A stretch of 64,000 nucleotides of DNA from Eubacteriales bacterium (GTDB lineage Bacteria > Bacillota > Clostridia > Oscillospirales > CAG-272): positions 3,062 through 67,061 of the forward strand of contig JBGUSX010000156.1 in NCBI GenBank assembly GCA_045132775.1, written 5' to 3'. The first letter of the stretch is position 1, and the number at the start of each line of letters is the position of its first letter. Below the pieces are notes generated by a model that saw only the letters and a program-made list of their open reading frames with translations, did no database searches and was not told the origin of the DNA. This document shows positions 53,522-62,368 of this stretch, one piece after another. Made by a program: the position numbers and the translations under genes.

Positions 53522-54833
53522 CGTAATCCTCCTCTTCTCCGTTTCCGTTCAAAAAATAGACCGTATCAAGAACGACCTTTTGAGCCGCCTCGATAACGTC
53601 TTTGGCAGTAACCTTCATTATCTCATCACGACAACTCTCAACGCTCTCCGAAACACCCGCGAGGAGCCGTCTGAATTCAAATGCTTCTATCGCCGCAGGA
53701 CTGTCACTTATCTGTCTGAATCCTGAAATAAGCGTTTTTCTTGCAGTTTCCATCTCGGTTTCGGTGAAGTCTCCGCTCTTCATAGCATCAAGCTGGATGG
53801 CGATCTCCTCGAGTGCCTCGTCCTTTTTCTCGGGGTCTATTCCACATCCTACCTTTATCGTACCAGTAGCACTGTGAAGGCTTGAATAGCAATAGTAGCA
53901 AAGGCTCTTTTTTTCTCTTACGTTCATAAAGAGCTTTGCCACCGACCCTCCACCGAATATCTCGTTAAACATCGCCATAGCGTAATAATCCCTGTCAGAG
54001 AGTACGGTACCGCACCTGTAACCGAGTACAAGTCTGCCTTGCGAGACGTCATTTGTTTCCTCGATATATTTTGCTTCTTTACGATCCGTAAGATATGCGT
54101 GCTCGGTATAAGAAGCGTCACACAAACCGTCATTTTCAAAACTGAAATACTTGCTAATCAAGGACTCAACGTATTCGTGTGACTCACTTCCGATGTAGTA
54201 ACATTCAACGCTGCAATCATGCATAAATCTATCAAGATTTTCAGTAATGTCTGCGGAGGTGAATGATTCAACCAAAGCCTCATTTCCGTCACCTGCAACG
54301 GCATATTCCGAGCCCTCAAACATATATTTTGAGCATTGCTCGGATGCATACACTTTTGGATCGTTTATTTTTGATCTTATTGCGTCTATCGCAATGCGCT
54401 TTTCGCTTTCTGTGTATGAAGAAACAAAGCGTCCGTTTTCATCCCTGAGAGGATTAAAAAGAATATCCGAAAGAATAGCTATTACATTTTCAAGGATACT
54501 GCTACCGTCACTTTCGAGAGCGTAAGAATCCTTTAAGATCTTACAGGATATCTTGTTTATACTTTTCTCTCCCACGGTGACGTTTCGCAGTGTGACCGTT
54601 GCACCGTATTGCTCATCAAGCGCTTTATTTATTGCGGTGACCGTAGGATATTTCTCGGATCCGCGCATCATTACGGAGAGCATAAGCCTTGTAAGCGGCG
54701 TTCTGTATTTATCGCTTTTTGTCACAAAGTTGATCGAAAAACGCGACATTTTGAATCGGTCAGTGTTGACCGTATGTAGTCTGACTTTTCCGTTAAAAAA
54801 TTCCGTTGTTTTTGGTATCATTTCAAGTCCCAA
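53514..54833 (-). CDS. M16-family peptidase-like protein (no HxxEH; probable non-catalytic partner)
   Basis: 439 aa. Overlaps the downstream M16 gene by 8 nt. M16 fold-like sequence, but no HxxEH was seen. Confidence 0.75.
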   Translation of the reverse strand: MGLEMIPKTTEFFNGKVRLHTVNTDRFKMSRFSINFVTKSDKYRTPLTRLMLSVMMRGSEKYPTVTAINKALDEQYGATVTLRNVTVGEKSINKISCKILKDSYALESDGSSILENVIAILSDILFNPLRDENGRFVSSYTESEKRIAIDAIRSKINDPKVYASEQCSKYMFEGSEYAVAGDGNEALVESFTSADITENLDRFMHDCSVECYYIGSESHEYVESLISKYFSFENDGLCDASYTEHAYLTDRKEAKYIEETNDVSQGRLVLGYRCGTVLSDRDYYAMAMFNEIFGGGSVAKLFMNVREKKSLCYYCYSSLHSATGTIKVGCGIDPEKKDEALEEIAIQLDAMKSGDFTETEMETARKTLISGFRQISDSPAAIEAFEFRRLLAGVSESVESCRDEIMKVTAKDVIEAAQKVVLDTVYFLNGNGEEEDYDE

Positions 54834-54910
54834 AAGGGTTCCTTCCCTTTACAATTTGTAATTAGTTTATTTTACACCATATTATCATATTTTTCAAGTA
54901 TTTTTTGTTA

Positions 54911-54950
54911 ATTAAAAGAAAACGAGTCGGTTTTTTAATAACCGACTCAT
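54911..54950 (-). terminator. Intrinsic terminator after the sanA-like gene
   Basis: Stem gagtcggtt / aaccgactc (54924-54932 / 54940-54948). On the minus strand it is followed by ttttctttt. Confidence 0.6.
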
Positions 54951-54953
54951 TTT

Positions 54954-55595
54954 TTATATGCACATAAAGAAGTCCTTTACCCTTGCGAGTATTTCGCGTA
55001 TTTCCCGCACCGATTGTCCTCTGTAACCGCGGAGATCTGCAGATACACCCACGGCATCGACACCGTAGCATCTTGATATGTAGAGAGCACGGTGCAAGTG
55101 ATACTTTTGCGTTATTACCACAACGCGATCAAATCCGTACTCATCCTTGACGCGAGTCATACTCTCATACGTTGAATATCCCTTCTCATCAATAAGGATT
55201 CGATCAGCTTCAATCCCGAGAGACTCTGCGTACTTTTTCATTGCCGCAGGCTCATCGTAATATTCACCCGACTTATCGCCGCTCATAAGGATGTATTTTA
55301 TCCCTGTCGCCATCATAACGTCAACACCGACCTTTATTCTGTCCTCAAGCATGTGGCTTGGCGTTCCGTCCGCTTTCAGTCCGGCACCGAGAACAGCGAT
55401 ACAGTCAATATTGTCCACATCTTCAATTGATAACGCATTCGGATATATTTCACCGTTCGTTGAGATGCGAACGTACTCACTGACAGAGATCACGGATATT
55501 ATTCCAATAAGCAGTATACTCAGGAGAATGATTGCAATACGAACAAGAAGCTTCAAAACTCCTCCACGCGCCTTGTGTGAAGCTTTTTTGACCAT
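54954..55595 (-). CDS. SanA/YdcF (DUF218) family protein
   Basis: N-terminal TM helix, 'CIAVLGAGLKADGTPSHMLEDRI', 'ILMSGD'. Start set at the ATG at 55595, immediately after the mrp stop. Confidence 0.75.
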   Translation of the reverse strand: MVKKASHKARGGVLKLLVRIAIILLSILLIGIISVISVSEYVRISTNGEIYPNALSIEDVDNIDCIAVLGAGLKADGTPSHMLEDRIKVGVDVMMATGIKYILMSGDKSGEYYDEPAAMKKYAESLGIEADRILIDEKGYSTYESMTRVKDEYGFDRVVVITQKYHLHRALYISRCYGVDAVGVSADLRGYRGQSVREIREILARVKDFFMCI

Positions 55596-55596
55596 C

Positions 55597-56436
55597 TTAT
55601 GCCTTTCTCGCGCACTGCTCGGCGATCTTGTCTGCGGCAGAATCAAGGTAGTCGCAGAGAATATACTCGATCATTCCCTTGTCAACAAGAGATGCAACGG
55701 AGGTGTCGATCGGTATCTTTGCAAGCAGGTCGTAACCAAATTCGTTTGCAATATCGTCGATATGGCTCTCACCGAAGATCTTTATCTCCTTGCCACAGTC
55801 GGGACACTTAACAAAGCTCATATTCTCAACGAGACCGAGCACGGGAATACTCATCATATCCGCCATATTTGCCGCTTTTTTTACGATCATTGCAACGAGA
55901 TCCTGGGGGCTCGATACAATAACGCATCCGTCGATAGGAAGGCTCTGGAATACCGTGAGCGGTACGTCGCCCGTTCCTGGAGGGCAATCTACCAAAAGGA
56001 AATCAAGATCGCCCCACGCGGTGTCTGTCCAGAACTGTCTTACAGTTCCGGCAATAAGAGATCCGCGCCAGACTACAGGTCTTGTCTCGTCCTCAAGCAT
56101 AAGGTTTACGGACATTACCTTGATTCCCGTCTGCGTTACGGGCGGGAGCATGGCTCCATTCTCGTCTCCCTCAACGTCGGCATAAACTCCGAAAGCCTTG
56201 GGGATAGAGGGACCCGTAATATCCGCGTCAAGAATACCGACCTTGTATCCCTTGCGCGAAAGATGGACTGCAAGCATTGAGGTGACGAGAGATTTACCAA
56301 CTCCGCCCTTTCCGCTCATTACAGCTACTATATGCTTTACATGGCTTCCCTTGTTCGCCTCATCCTTGGGTATGCCGCCGTTTTTAGAGGGGCAATTGAG
56401 GGAACACGAGGAGCAATCGTGTGTACATTCACTCAT
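55597..56436 (-). CDS. Mrp/NBP35 (ApbC) family iron-sulfur cluster carrier ATPase
   Basis: 'VAVMSGKGGVGKS' deviant Walker A, 'CPDCG'. The N-terminal Cys cluster is 'MSECTHDCSSCSLNC'. AGGAGG RBS. Confidence 0.88.
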   Translation of the reverse strand: MSECTHDCSSCSLNCPSKNGGIPKDEANKGSHVKHIVAVMSGKGGVGKSLVTSMLAVHLSRKGYKVGILDADITGPSIPKAFGVYADVEGDENGAMLPPVTQTGIKVMSVNLMLEDETRPVVWRGSLIAGTVRQFWTDTAWGDLDFLLVDCPPGTGDVPLTVFQSLPIDGCVIVSSPQDLVAMIVKKAANMADMMSIPVLGLVENMSFVKCPDCGKEIKIFGESHIDDIANEFGYDLLAKIPIDTSVASLVDKGMIEYILCDYLDSAADKIAEQCARKA

Positions 56437-56531
56437 TTTTCTTTCCTCCTGATAATCTATAATAAACCAATGGATATTATACACCGATTTTCGATAAAAA
56501 TCAAGCCTAATAGCAAAATCTTTTTGAAAAT

Positions 56532-56562
56532 AAAAAAGAACTCCACAAAAGAGTTCTTTTTT
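56532..56562 (-). terminator. Intrinsic terminator after rpmF
   Basis: aaaaaagaactc-cacaaaa-gagttctttttt, with symmetric A/T runs. Confidence 0.75.
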
Positions 56563-56579
56563 ACACTTTTACGGTCAGA

Positions 56580-56771
56580 TTAAGCCTCTTTTACGTTGAG
56601 AACCTTCTTGCCGTTGTAGTAGCCGCAAACCTTGCATACGCAGTGGGGCTTAAGCATCTCACCGCATGCGGGGTTGGAGCACTTTACAAGTCCGGGCATT
56701 GTGAGCTTGGAGTTGTTGGATCTTCTCTTGTCTCTGCGTGCTGCGGACACTTTCTTCTTCGGTACTGCCAT
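56580..56771 (-). CDS. rpmF: 50S ribosomal protein L32
   Basis: 'MAVPKKKVSAARRDKRR..' and a CxxC..CxxC zinc ribbon. Confidence 0.93.
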   Translation of the reverse strand: MAVPKKKVSAARRDKRRSNNSKLTMPGLVKCSNPACGEMLKPHCVCKVCGYYNGKKVLNVKEA

Positions 56772-56846
56772 ATTGAACCTCCCTCTCGAAGCACACTTAT
56801 TGTATGCCGTCGATTATATAAAATAATTTTTTACTTTTTGAAGCGT

Positions 56847-57365
56847 TTATTCTTCGTCTTCCTTCTGTAACAGAGTTGCAAGGACTGCAAGCCGCGGATC
56901 GATCTCTTTTTTGGGGCAACCGCAATCGCCACCCTTTAATGACTTTCCGCACTTTGGACAAAGTCCGGGACAATCCTCCGAGCAGAGCACTTTTCTGGGA
57001 AAATCAAGCAGGAGAGCCTCGGCGAGCTGCTCGTCGATATCGAGCTTTCCGTTCTCGACAATGACATACTCGTCAACGTTATCCTCTATCTGTTCCTCGG
57101 TCAGTGTTCCCTCATCAGCAACGACTCTCTCGAAATCGAGCACAAAATCGCCGCTTACGGTATCAAGGCATCTTGCGCACTCGGTCTCATACGCAAGATG
57201 AGCCTCGGCTTTAAGCTGCATATAACCCGCACTGTCGGTGATCTCACCCGTTACGTGAGCATCGTCCTTAAATTGCACTCTGTCCATAGGAATGGGGGTT
57301 AGAGTATAATCAAACGTTATTCGGTTCTTTTCTCCGCGGAGAAGCGGACCAACGTCTAAAATCAT
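56847..57365 (-). CDS. yceD: YceD/DUF177 family protein (large-subunit rRNA accumulation)
   Basis: 172 aa, acidic. C-terminal 'CSEDCPGLCPKCG..GDCGC'. Sits upstream of rpmF, the conserved arrangement. Confidence 0.85.
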   Translation of the reverse strand: MILDVGPLLRGEKNRITFDYTLTPIPMDRVQFKDDAHVTGEITDSAGYMQLKAEAHLAYETECARCLDTVSGDFVLDFERVVADEGTLTEEQIEDNVDEYVIVENGKLDIDEQLAEALLLDFPRKVLCSEDCPGLCPKCGKSLKGGDCGCPKKEIDPRLAVLATLLQKEDEE

Positions 57366-57500
57366 ACCTTTTCCTTCCCTTCATACAGACATAAAACACG
57401 ACTTTAATTATTATATATGATGAATTGCATTTTGTCAAGAGGTTTTTTCGATTTTTTGGTCAAGTTTTTCATTTTTTGCAAAGAATAGAACGCGGTGGTC

Positions 57501-57529
57501 TTGACATGCAGTTTTAAAAATGCTATACT
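57501..57529 (+). promoter_or_regulatory. Sigma-A-type promoter of tmcAL
   Basis: TTGACA (57501-57506), 17-nt spacer, TGcTATACT (-10 at 57524-57529). Confidence 0.65.
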
Positions 57530-57559
57530 TGGAATATGATCTTGGAAAGGAGAGGAAAT

Positions 57560-58780
57560 ATGCGCACAGCCGGTATTATTTGCGAATACAATCCGTTTCA
57601 CTCGGGACACAAGCGACAGATAGATATTCTGCGCTCTATGGGCTACGACTGCATTATTTGCGTTATGAGCGGCAACTACACGCAACGCGGCGAGCTTGCT
57701 ATTTTCGACAAGTACACACGCGCCGAAGGTGCGATATACGGTGGAGCCGATCTTGTCGTCGAGCTTCCCTTTCCCTACTCCTCTTTTTCTGCCGAAGGCT
57801 TTGCCAATGCAGGCGTCCATATCCTTGCATCTCTCGGAGTCGACGCTATAAGCTTTGGCAGTGAGTGCGGTGACGTTTCGGTTCTGAAGCAAGCCGCCAA
57901 TGCAATCACTTCGCCTGAGTTTGCCTCTGTATACAACGAATTGCAATGCGGAGGGATGGGCTCCGCTTCTGCATATTTCGAAGCAATAAGGAGATTGTGT
58001 GGGAAGGATATTTCCCTTCTTTCAAATGACATTCTCGGCATTTCTTACGTCGCAGCTATCAGAAAGCTCAATGCAAAACTCGATATTATTCCTATAAAGC
58101 GCGAGGGTGCGTCATACAATGATAAAGAGCTTCATTCAGGCGAGTTTCCGAGCGCATCCGCAATACGTGAGAAACTCAAAAATTCGAATGATGATATCGA
58201 AAAAGTTTTTAGCAGTCACATACCTGAAATCTCACTCAAAGCCCTTGTGAGGGCAAAGAACAATGGTCTGGGGCCTGTATTCGCCGTCAATGTTGAAAAG
58301 GAAATACTCTCCTTCTTCAATCTGATGACTCCTGCCGAGATCGTGTCCCGCGCAGCAATGAGATCCTGTGGCGGTGAGCACATTGCCGAGGACGGCTGCG
58401 GAATACTTGAGCGTGTGTGCCGTGCTGCCAAAGATTCAAATACCATTGGCGAGCTTCTCGCCTCATCTTACAATTCGAAATATACCGACGCGAGAATAAA
58501 CAGAGTTATACTCTTCTCCATTCTTGGCGTATCGGATAAGCTGACTCATTCGCTCCCCGAATACACTGTTCTCCTCGGTGCAAGTGAGTGCGGTCGCAAA
58601 TTTTTGTCAAACGTCAGAAAAACAAGCCTGATAAACATTGTTACAAAGCCCGCCGATGCTCCCGAGTCCTCTGTTCAAAGGATGATCGGAGAATCTGCCG
58701 ATATCTTCTATGCCCTCGCTTTTCCGCAAAATAAGGCTCAGGATCACTTTATCAAATCGCACCCATTTATGCAGAAATGA
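57560..58780 (+). CDS. tmcAL: tRNA(Met) cytidine acetate ligase (UPF0348/YlbM family nucleotidyltransferase)
   Basis: 'AGIICEYNPFHSGHKRQI', 'VMSGNYTQRGE', 'GADLVVELP'. Start at 57560 after AAAGGAGAGG. Confidence 0.85.
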   Translation: MRTAGIICEYNPFHSGHKRQIDILRSMGYDCIICVMSGNYTQRGELAIFDKYTRAEGAIYGGADLVVELPFPYSSFSAEGFANAGVHILASLGVDAISFGSECGDVSVLKQAANAITSPEFASVYNELQCGGMGSASAYFEAIRRLCGKDISLLSNDILGISYVAAIRKLNAKLDIIPIKREGASYNDKELHSGEFPSASAIREKLKNSNDDIEKVFSSHIPEISLKALVRAKNNGLGPVFAVNVEKEILSFFNLMTPAEIVSRAAMRSCGGEHIAEDGCGILERVCRAAKDSNTIGELLASSYNSKYTDARINRVILFSILGVSDKLTHSLPEYTVLLGASECGRKFLSNVRKTSLINIVTKPADAPESSVQRMIGESADIFYALAFPQNKAQDHFIKSHPFMQK

Positions 58781-58809
58781 GCAAATTTTCAAAAAATAAC
58801 AAATTCTTG

Positions 58810-58838
58810 TTGACTTGACACCTTTATTATGGTATAAT
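58810..58838 (+). promoter_or_regulatory. Sigma-A-type promoter of the small hypothetical gene
   Basis: TTGACT (58810-58815), 17-nt spacer, TGgTATAAT (-10 at 58833-58838). Confidence 0.6.
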
Positions 58839-58897
58839 ATATTGATACAAGTATAAAATCAAGAAAGGATAAGCTTGTTTTCAAGCAGGTGATATAT

Positions 58898-59191
58898 ATG
58901 GCAGAAGCACGCGAGCAGGTCAAAGGCTCATACCTTTATTACAAAAACAGACCCTTGGTAAGAGAAAAGGATACTATTTGCTACGGAGATTTTTCCGAAA
59001 GATGTGTTCTTATCTTTGAGATAATGTCTTATACCGAGACAAACGGCATCAAGGTTCCCGGAAAGATCTTTATTCAGGTCATCGAGTCCGAGACAGGTGC
59101 AATTCTCAAGCAAGCGGACAAGGACGGAATGTACGATGCATTCACTTACGGCATGTTCTGGTACGAAAAGTTCCTTAACGAAACTAAATAA
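58898..59191 (+). CDS. Hypothetical protein
   Basis: 97 aa from the ATG at 58898 (AGGTGA RBS). Has its own promoter and terminator. No recognisable family. Confidence 0.5.
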   Translation: MAEAREQVKGSYLYYKNRPLVREKDTICYGDFSERCVLIFEIMSYTETNGIKVPGKIFIQVIESETGAILKQADKDGMYDAFTYGMFWYEKFLNETK

Positions 59192-59193
59192 AC

Positions 59194-59229
59194 AATAAAA
59201 GATCGGAGATTAATCTCCGATCTTTTATT
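59194..59229. terminator. Bidirectional intrinsic terminator between convergent genes
   Basis: Near-perfect palindrome aataaaagatcggagat-ta-atctccgatcttttatt. Confidence 0.8.
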
Positions 59230-59237
59230 GTTTTACT

Positions 59238-59909
59238 TTATACTCTTTTTACGATATTTCCGTTCGCCTTATAAATATGTCCCTCGGGCACGATTCCGCG
59301 AACCGACGAGAGAGGATAAACGGAAGCTTCTCTTCCGACAACTGTTCCGGGATTGAGAACCGAACCGCAGCCTATCTCAACAAAGTCCCCAAGCATTGCT
59401 CCTACCTTCTTTCTCTCGGTATAGAAGCTCTCACTCTTGTCCTGTGTCTTAACAACTACAAGGGTTTTATCGGACTTGACGTTACTCGTTATCGAGCCTG
59501 CGCCCATGTGCGACTTATACCCCAGAATACTGTCACCGACGTAATTATAGTGAGGAACCTGAACATTATCGAAGAGTATCACGTTCTTGAGCTCTGTAGA
59601 ATTACCAACAACGCAGTTTTCTCCGACAAGCGCACTTCCGCGAATAAACGCGCCGGGACGCACCTCGGTATTGTGTCCTATGATACAAGGACCCGCGATG
59701 TAGTTGTTCGGGAATATCTTTGCTGATTTTGAGATCCAAACGTCCTCACCACGTTTCTCGTAAAGCTCGGGATCGAGAGTAGCTCCGATCTCAAGTATCA
59801 CGTCCTTTATTCCGGCAAGAGCCTCCCACGGATAATCAAATTTTGAAAGATAATCTTTTGCAAGGGTATGCGAAAGATCATAAAGATCGGTAATTTTTAC
59901 GTTTGCCAT
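59238..59909 (-). CDS. Left-handed beta-helix (hexapeptide-repeat) transferase, GlmU C-terminal-like
   Basis: 223 aa. Hexapeptide-repeat pattern ('IGHNTEVRPGAFIRGSALVGENCVVGNSTELKNVILFDNVQV'). Confidence 0.7.
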   Translation of the reverse strand: MANVKITDLYDLSHTLAKDYLSKFDYPWEALAGIKDVILEIGATLDPELYEKRGEDVWISKSAKIFPNNYIAGPCIIGHNTEVRPGAFIRGSALVGENCVVGNSTELKNVILFDNVQVPHYNYVGDSILGYKSHMGAGSITSNVKSDKTLVVVKTQDKSESFYTERKKVGAMLGDFVEIGCGSVLNPGTVVGREASVYPLSSVRGIVPEGHIYKANGNIVKRV

Positions 59910-59930
59910 AGCTATTCTCCTATATATATT

Positions 59931-62318
59931 TTATTTTAATTCAACAACAGTTACGCCGCCGTCTCCCTCTCCGAACTGTCCTATTCGGAAGGAGGAAATA
60001 CGCTTGTCACCCTTAAGGAACTTCCAAAGTGCTGTTTTCAGTGCCCCCGTTCCCTTTCCGTGAATGAGTCTGACCTTTCTAAAACCGAAAAGTATCGCCT
60101 CATCAAAGTATTTATCAACGGCAAGCCAAGCCTCGTCGCCATTCATGCCGCGAAGATCGATCTCGTCCTTAAAGCTAGAGGAACGGTTTACGGTATAAGT
60201 CGACGTCTTGACTTTTTTGTCTCCGGTCTGTACGGTGGGTTCGTCCTCGCACAGCTTTAGGTTTTGGATGTTCACTCTGGTCTGCAAAATACCCGCCTGA
60301 ACTCTTACGTTGCCCGATTTGTCGGGGTCTTCAAGCAAGGTTGCCTTGCTTCCGAGAGTCATAATGATAACCTCATCTCCCTTTTTGAGCTTTCTCGGAA
60401 GAACGTAGTTTTCGTCCGTTTTCTTCTCTACAGGGTCGTATTTGTCTGAGTTTTCGCGGAGATGCTCACGCACAGCGCGTCTTGCGTTTTGAAGCTCACT
60501 TCCAAGTCTGTCGGATTCCTTCGCCTTGCGGACCTTTTCCATCTGCTCCATTATAAAGTCGCTTGATGCCTTTGCGCTTGCCACCATGCTCTGAGCCTTG
60601 GACTGTGCTTTTTGCAGTTCTTTTTCCGCCTCGTCAAGCTTCTTTTTTATAATTTTTTCCGATTCAACCTTGAATCGCTCGTAATCCTCTCGCATTGATT
60701 CGGTCTCCTCGCGATTACGCTCCATTTCAATTCGCGTAGCCTCAAGCTGACCGATTATATCCTCAAATTTTCTGTTATCCGAGCTTACGTAATTTTCCGC
60801 ATGCTCAATTATCTCTCTTGAGAGACCGAGCTTCTCGGATATTGCAAAAGCGTTTGATTTTCCGGGCGTGCCGATTATCAGCTTGTAAGTCGGCTTAAGC
60901 GTCTCTACGTCAAACTCGCAGGATGCGTTACAAACACCCTGTGTATCAAGCGCATAAGCCTTGAGCTCCGCATAGTGAGTGGTAGCGGCACACATAGCCC
61001 CCTTGCTTCTTACGTGATCGATTATCGAAACCGCAAGAGCCGCGCCCTCTACAGGGTCGGTTCCGACGCCAAGCTCATCAAAAAGCACAAGCGAGCGCGA
61101 CGACACCTTATCCATAAATGAAACGATATTTACCATGTGCGACGAGAAGGTCGAAAGCGACTGCTCGATGCTCTGCTCGTCTCCGATGTCAACAAGCACG
61201 TTTTCACACACGGAAACACTGCTTCCTTCATCTGCGGGAATATGAAGCCCCGCCTGCGCCATAAGTGTAAACAGTCCGAGTGTTTTGAGGGTTACGGTTT
61301 TTCCTCCCGTGTTCGGACCCGTAATTATCATCGTATCGTATCCGTCACCCAAGATGACATTTATCGGTACGACCTTATCTCTGTCTATCAAAGGATGTCT
61401 TGCTCTCTTTAGGTGTATGAGCTTTTCCTCTGTGACCGTGGGCGCGCTTGCATTCATAGAGTAGGACATCTGTGCACAAGCAAAAGCAAAAGCAAGCTCG
61501 GTAATATTTCTGTAGTTTAACCATATAGAATCCGAAAAATCGGCAACAAGAGCAGAAAGAGCGGAAAGTATCTTTTCTATTTCGTGTTCTTCTTTAGATT
61601 GAAGAACACGAAGCTCGTTATTTGCCTCTACAACGGCAGTAGGCTCTACAAAGATCGTCGCACCCGATGAGGAGGTGTCATGAATAAGACCCTTAACCTC
61701 GTTTTTACACTCCGCCTTTACGGGAATAACGTATCTACCGTTTCTGGTAGTTACTATATTTTCCTGAAGATATTTTGAGTGCGTTCCGTTCTGGACGTAC
61801 TTTTGCAGAGTCTCTTTTATCTTGTTGTTTGTTATCCTGATCTGCCTGCGGATATTTGCAAGCGTGTCGGATGCCTCATCCGCAATGAGCTCCTCTGAGA
61901 TAATTGACCTTACGATCTTGTCCTCAAGAGTTCTGTTTGGCATCAAACGGTCGAATATCTCATCAAGAACAGTATCAAAAAGATGATTGCCGTGACAGTA
62001 GTCTGTAAGCGATCTTGACGTACGTAAAACCGCCGCAATCGCCAAGAGCTCGCCTGGGGTCAGTATCGCACCTTTCTCTGCGCGTTCGCAGGATTCCGAC
62101 ACGTCGCGAACTCCGCCAAAAGTAGGCATACCCTTTGCGTCGCAAAGTCTTTTTGCATCTGTTGTTCGTCTCTGTTTTTTCAGTACTGTGTCAATGTCTT
62201 CGCTCGGTGTGAGCATCCTTGCCATGCTTTTTGACCCCTCCGTAGGAGCAAAAGTTGCAAGAAGCTCACATATTTTATCAAATTCGAGTGAATGCATGGT
62301 TTTTTCGCTAAAGCTCAT
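59931..62318 (-). CDS. mutS2: Endonuclease MutS2
   Basis: Walker A 'GPNTGGKTV', 'TTHYAELK', long coiled coil, C-terminal Smr domain ('IDLRGMNGDEA...VRLIHGKGTGALK'). Start uncertain between 62318 and 62342. Confidence 0.92.
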   Translation of the reverse strand: MSFSEKTMHSLEFDKICELLATFAPTEGSKSMARMLTPSEDIDTVLKKQRRTTDAKRLCDAKGMPTFGGVRDVSESCERAEKGAILTPGELLAIAAVLRTSRSLTDYCHGNHLFDTVLDEIFDRLMPNRTLEDKIVRSIISEELIADEASDTLANIRRQIRITNNKIKETLQKYVQNGTHSKYLQENIVTTRNGRYVIPVKAECKNEVKGLIHDTSSSGATIFVEPTAVVEANNELRVLQSKEEHEIEKILSALSALVADFSDSIWLNYRNITELAFAFACAQMSYSMNASAPTVTEEKLIHLKRARHPLIDRDKVVPINVILGDGYDTMIITGPNTGGKTVTLKTLGLFTLMAQAGLHIPADEGSSVSVCENVLVDIGDEQSIEQSLSTFSSHMVNIVSFMDKVSSRSLVLFDELGVGTDPVEGAALAVSIIDHVRSKGAMCAATTHYAELKAYALDTQGVCNASCEFDVETLKPTYKLIIGTPGKSNAFAISEKLGLSREIIEHAENYVSSDNRKFEDIIGQLEATRIEMERNREETESMREDYERFKVESEKIIKKKLDEAEKELQKAQSKAQSMVASAKASSDFIMEQMEKVRKAKESDRLGSELQNARRAVREHLRENSDKYDPVEKKTDENYVLPRKLKKGDEVIIMTLGSKATLLEDPDKSGNVRVQAGILQTRVNIQNLKLCEDEPTVQTGDKKVKTSTYTVNRSSSFKDEIDLRGMNGDEAWLAVDKYFDEAILFGFRKVRLIHGKGTGALKTALWKFLKGDKRISSFRIGQFGEGDGGVTVVELK

Positions 62319-62368
62319 ATTCATCACCCTCCCTTGACTCAAAATAATGTAATCAATACGCTTTAGTA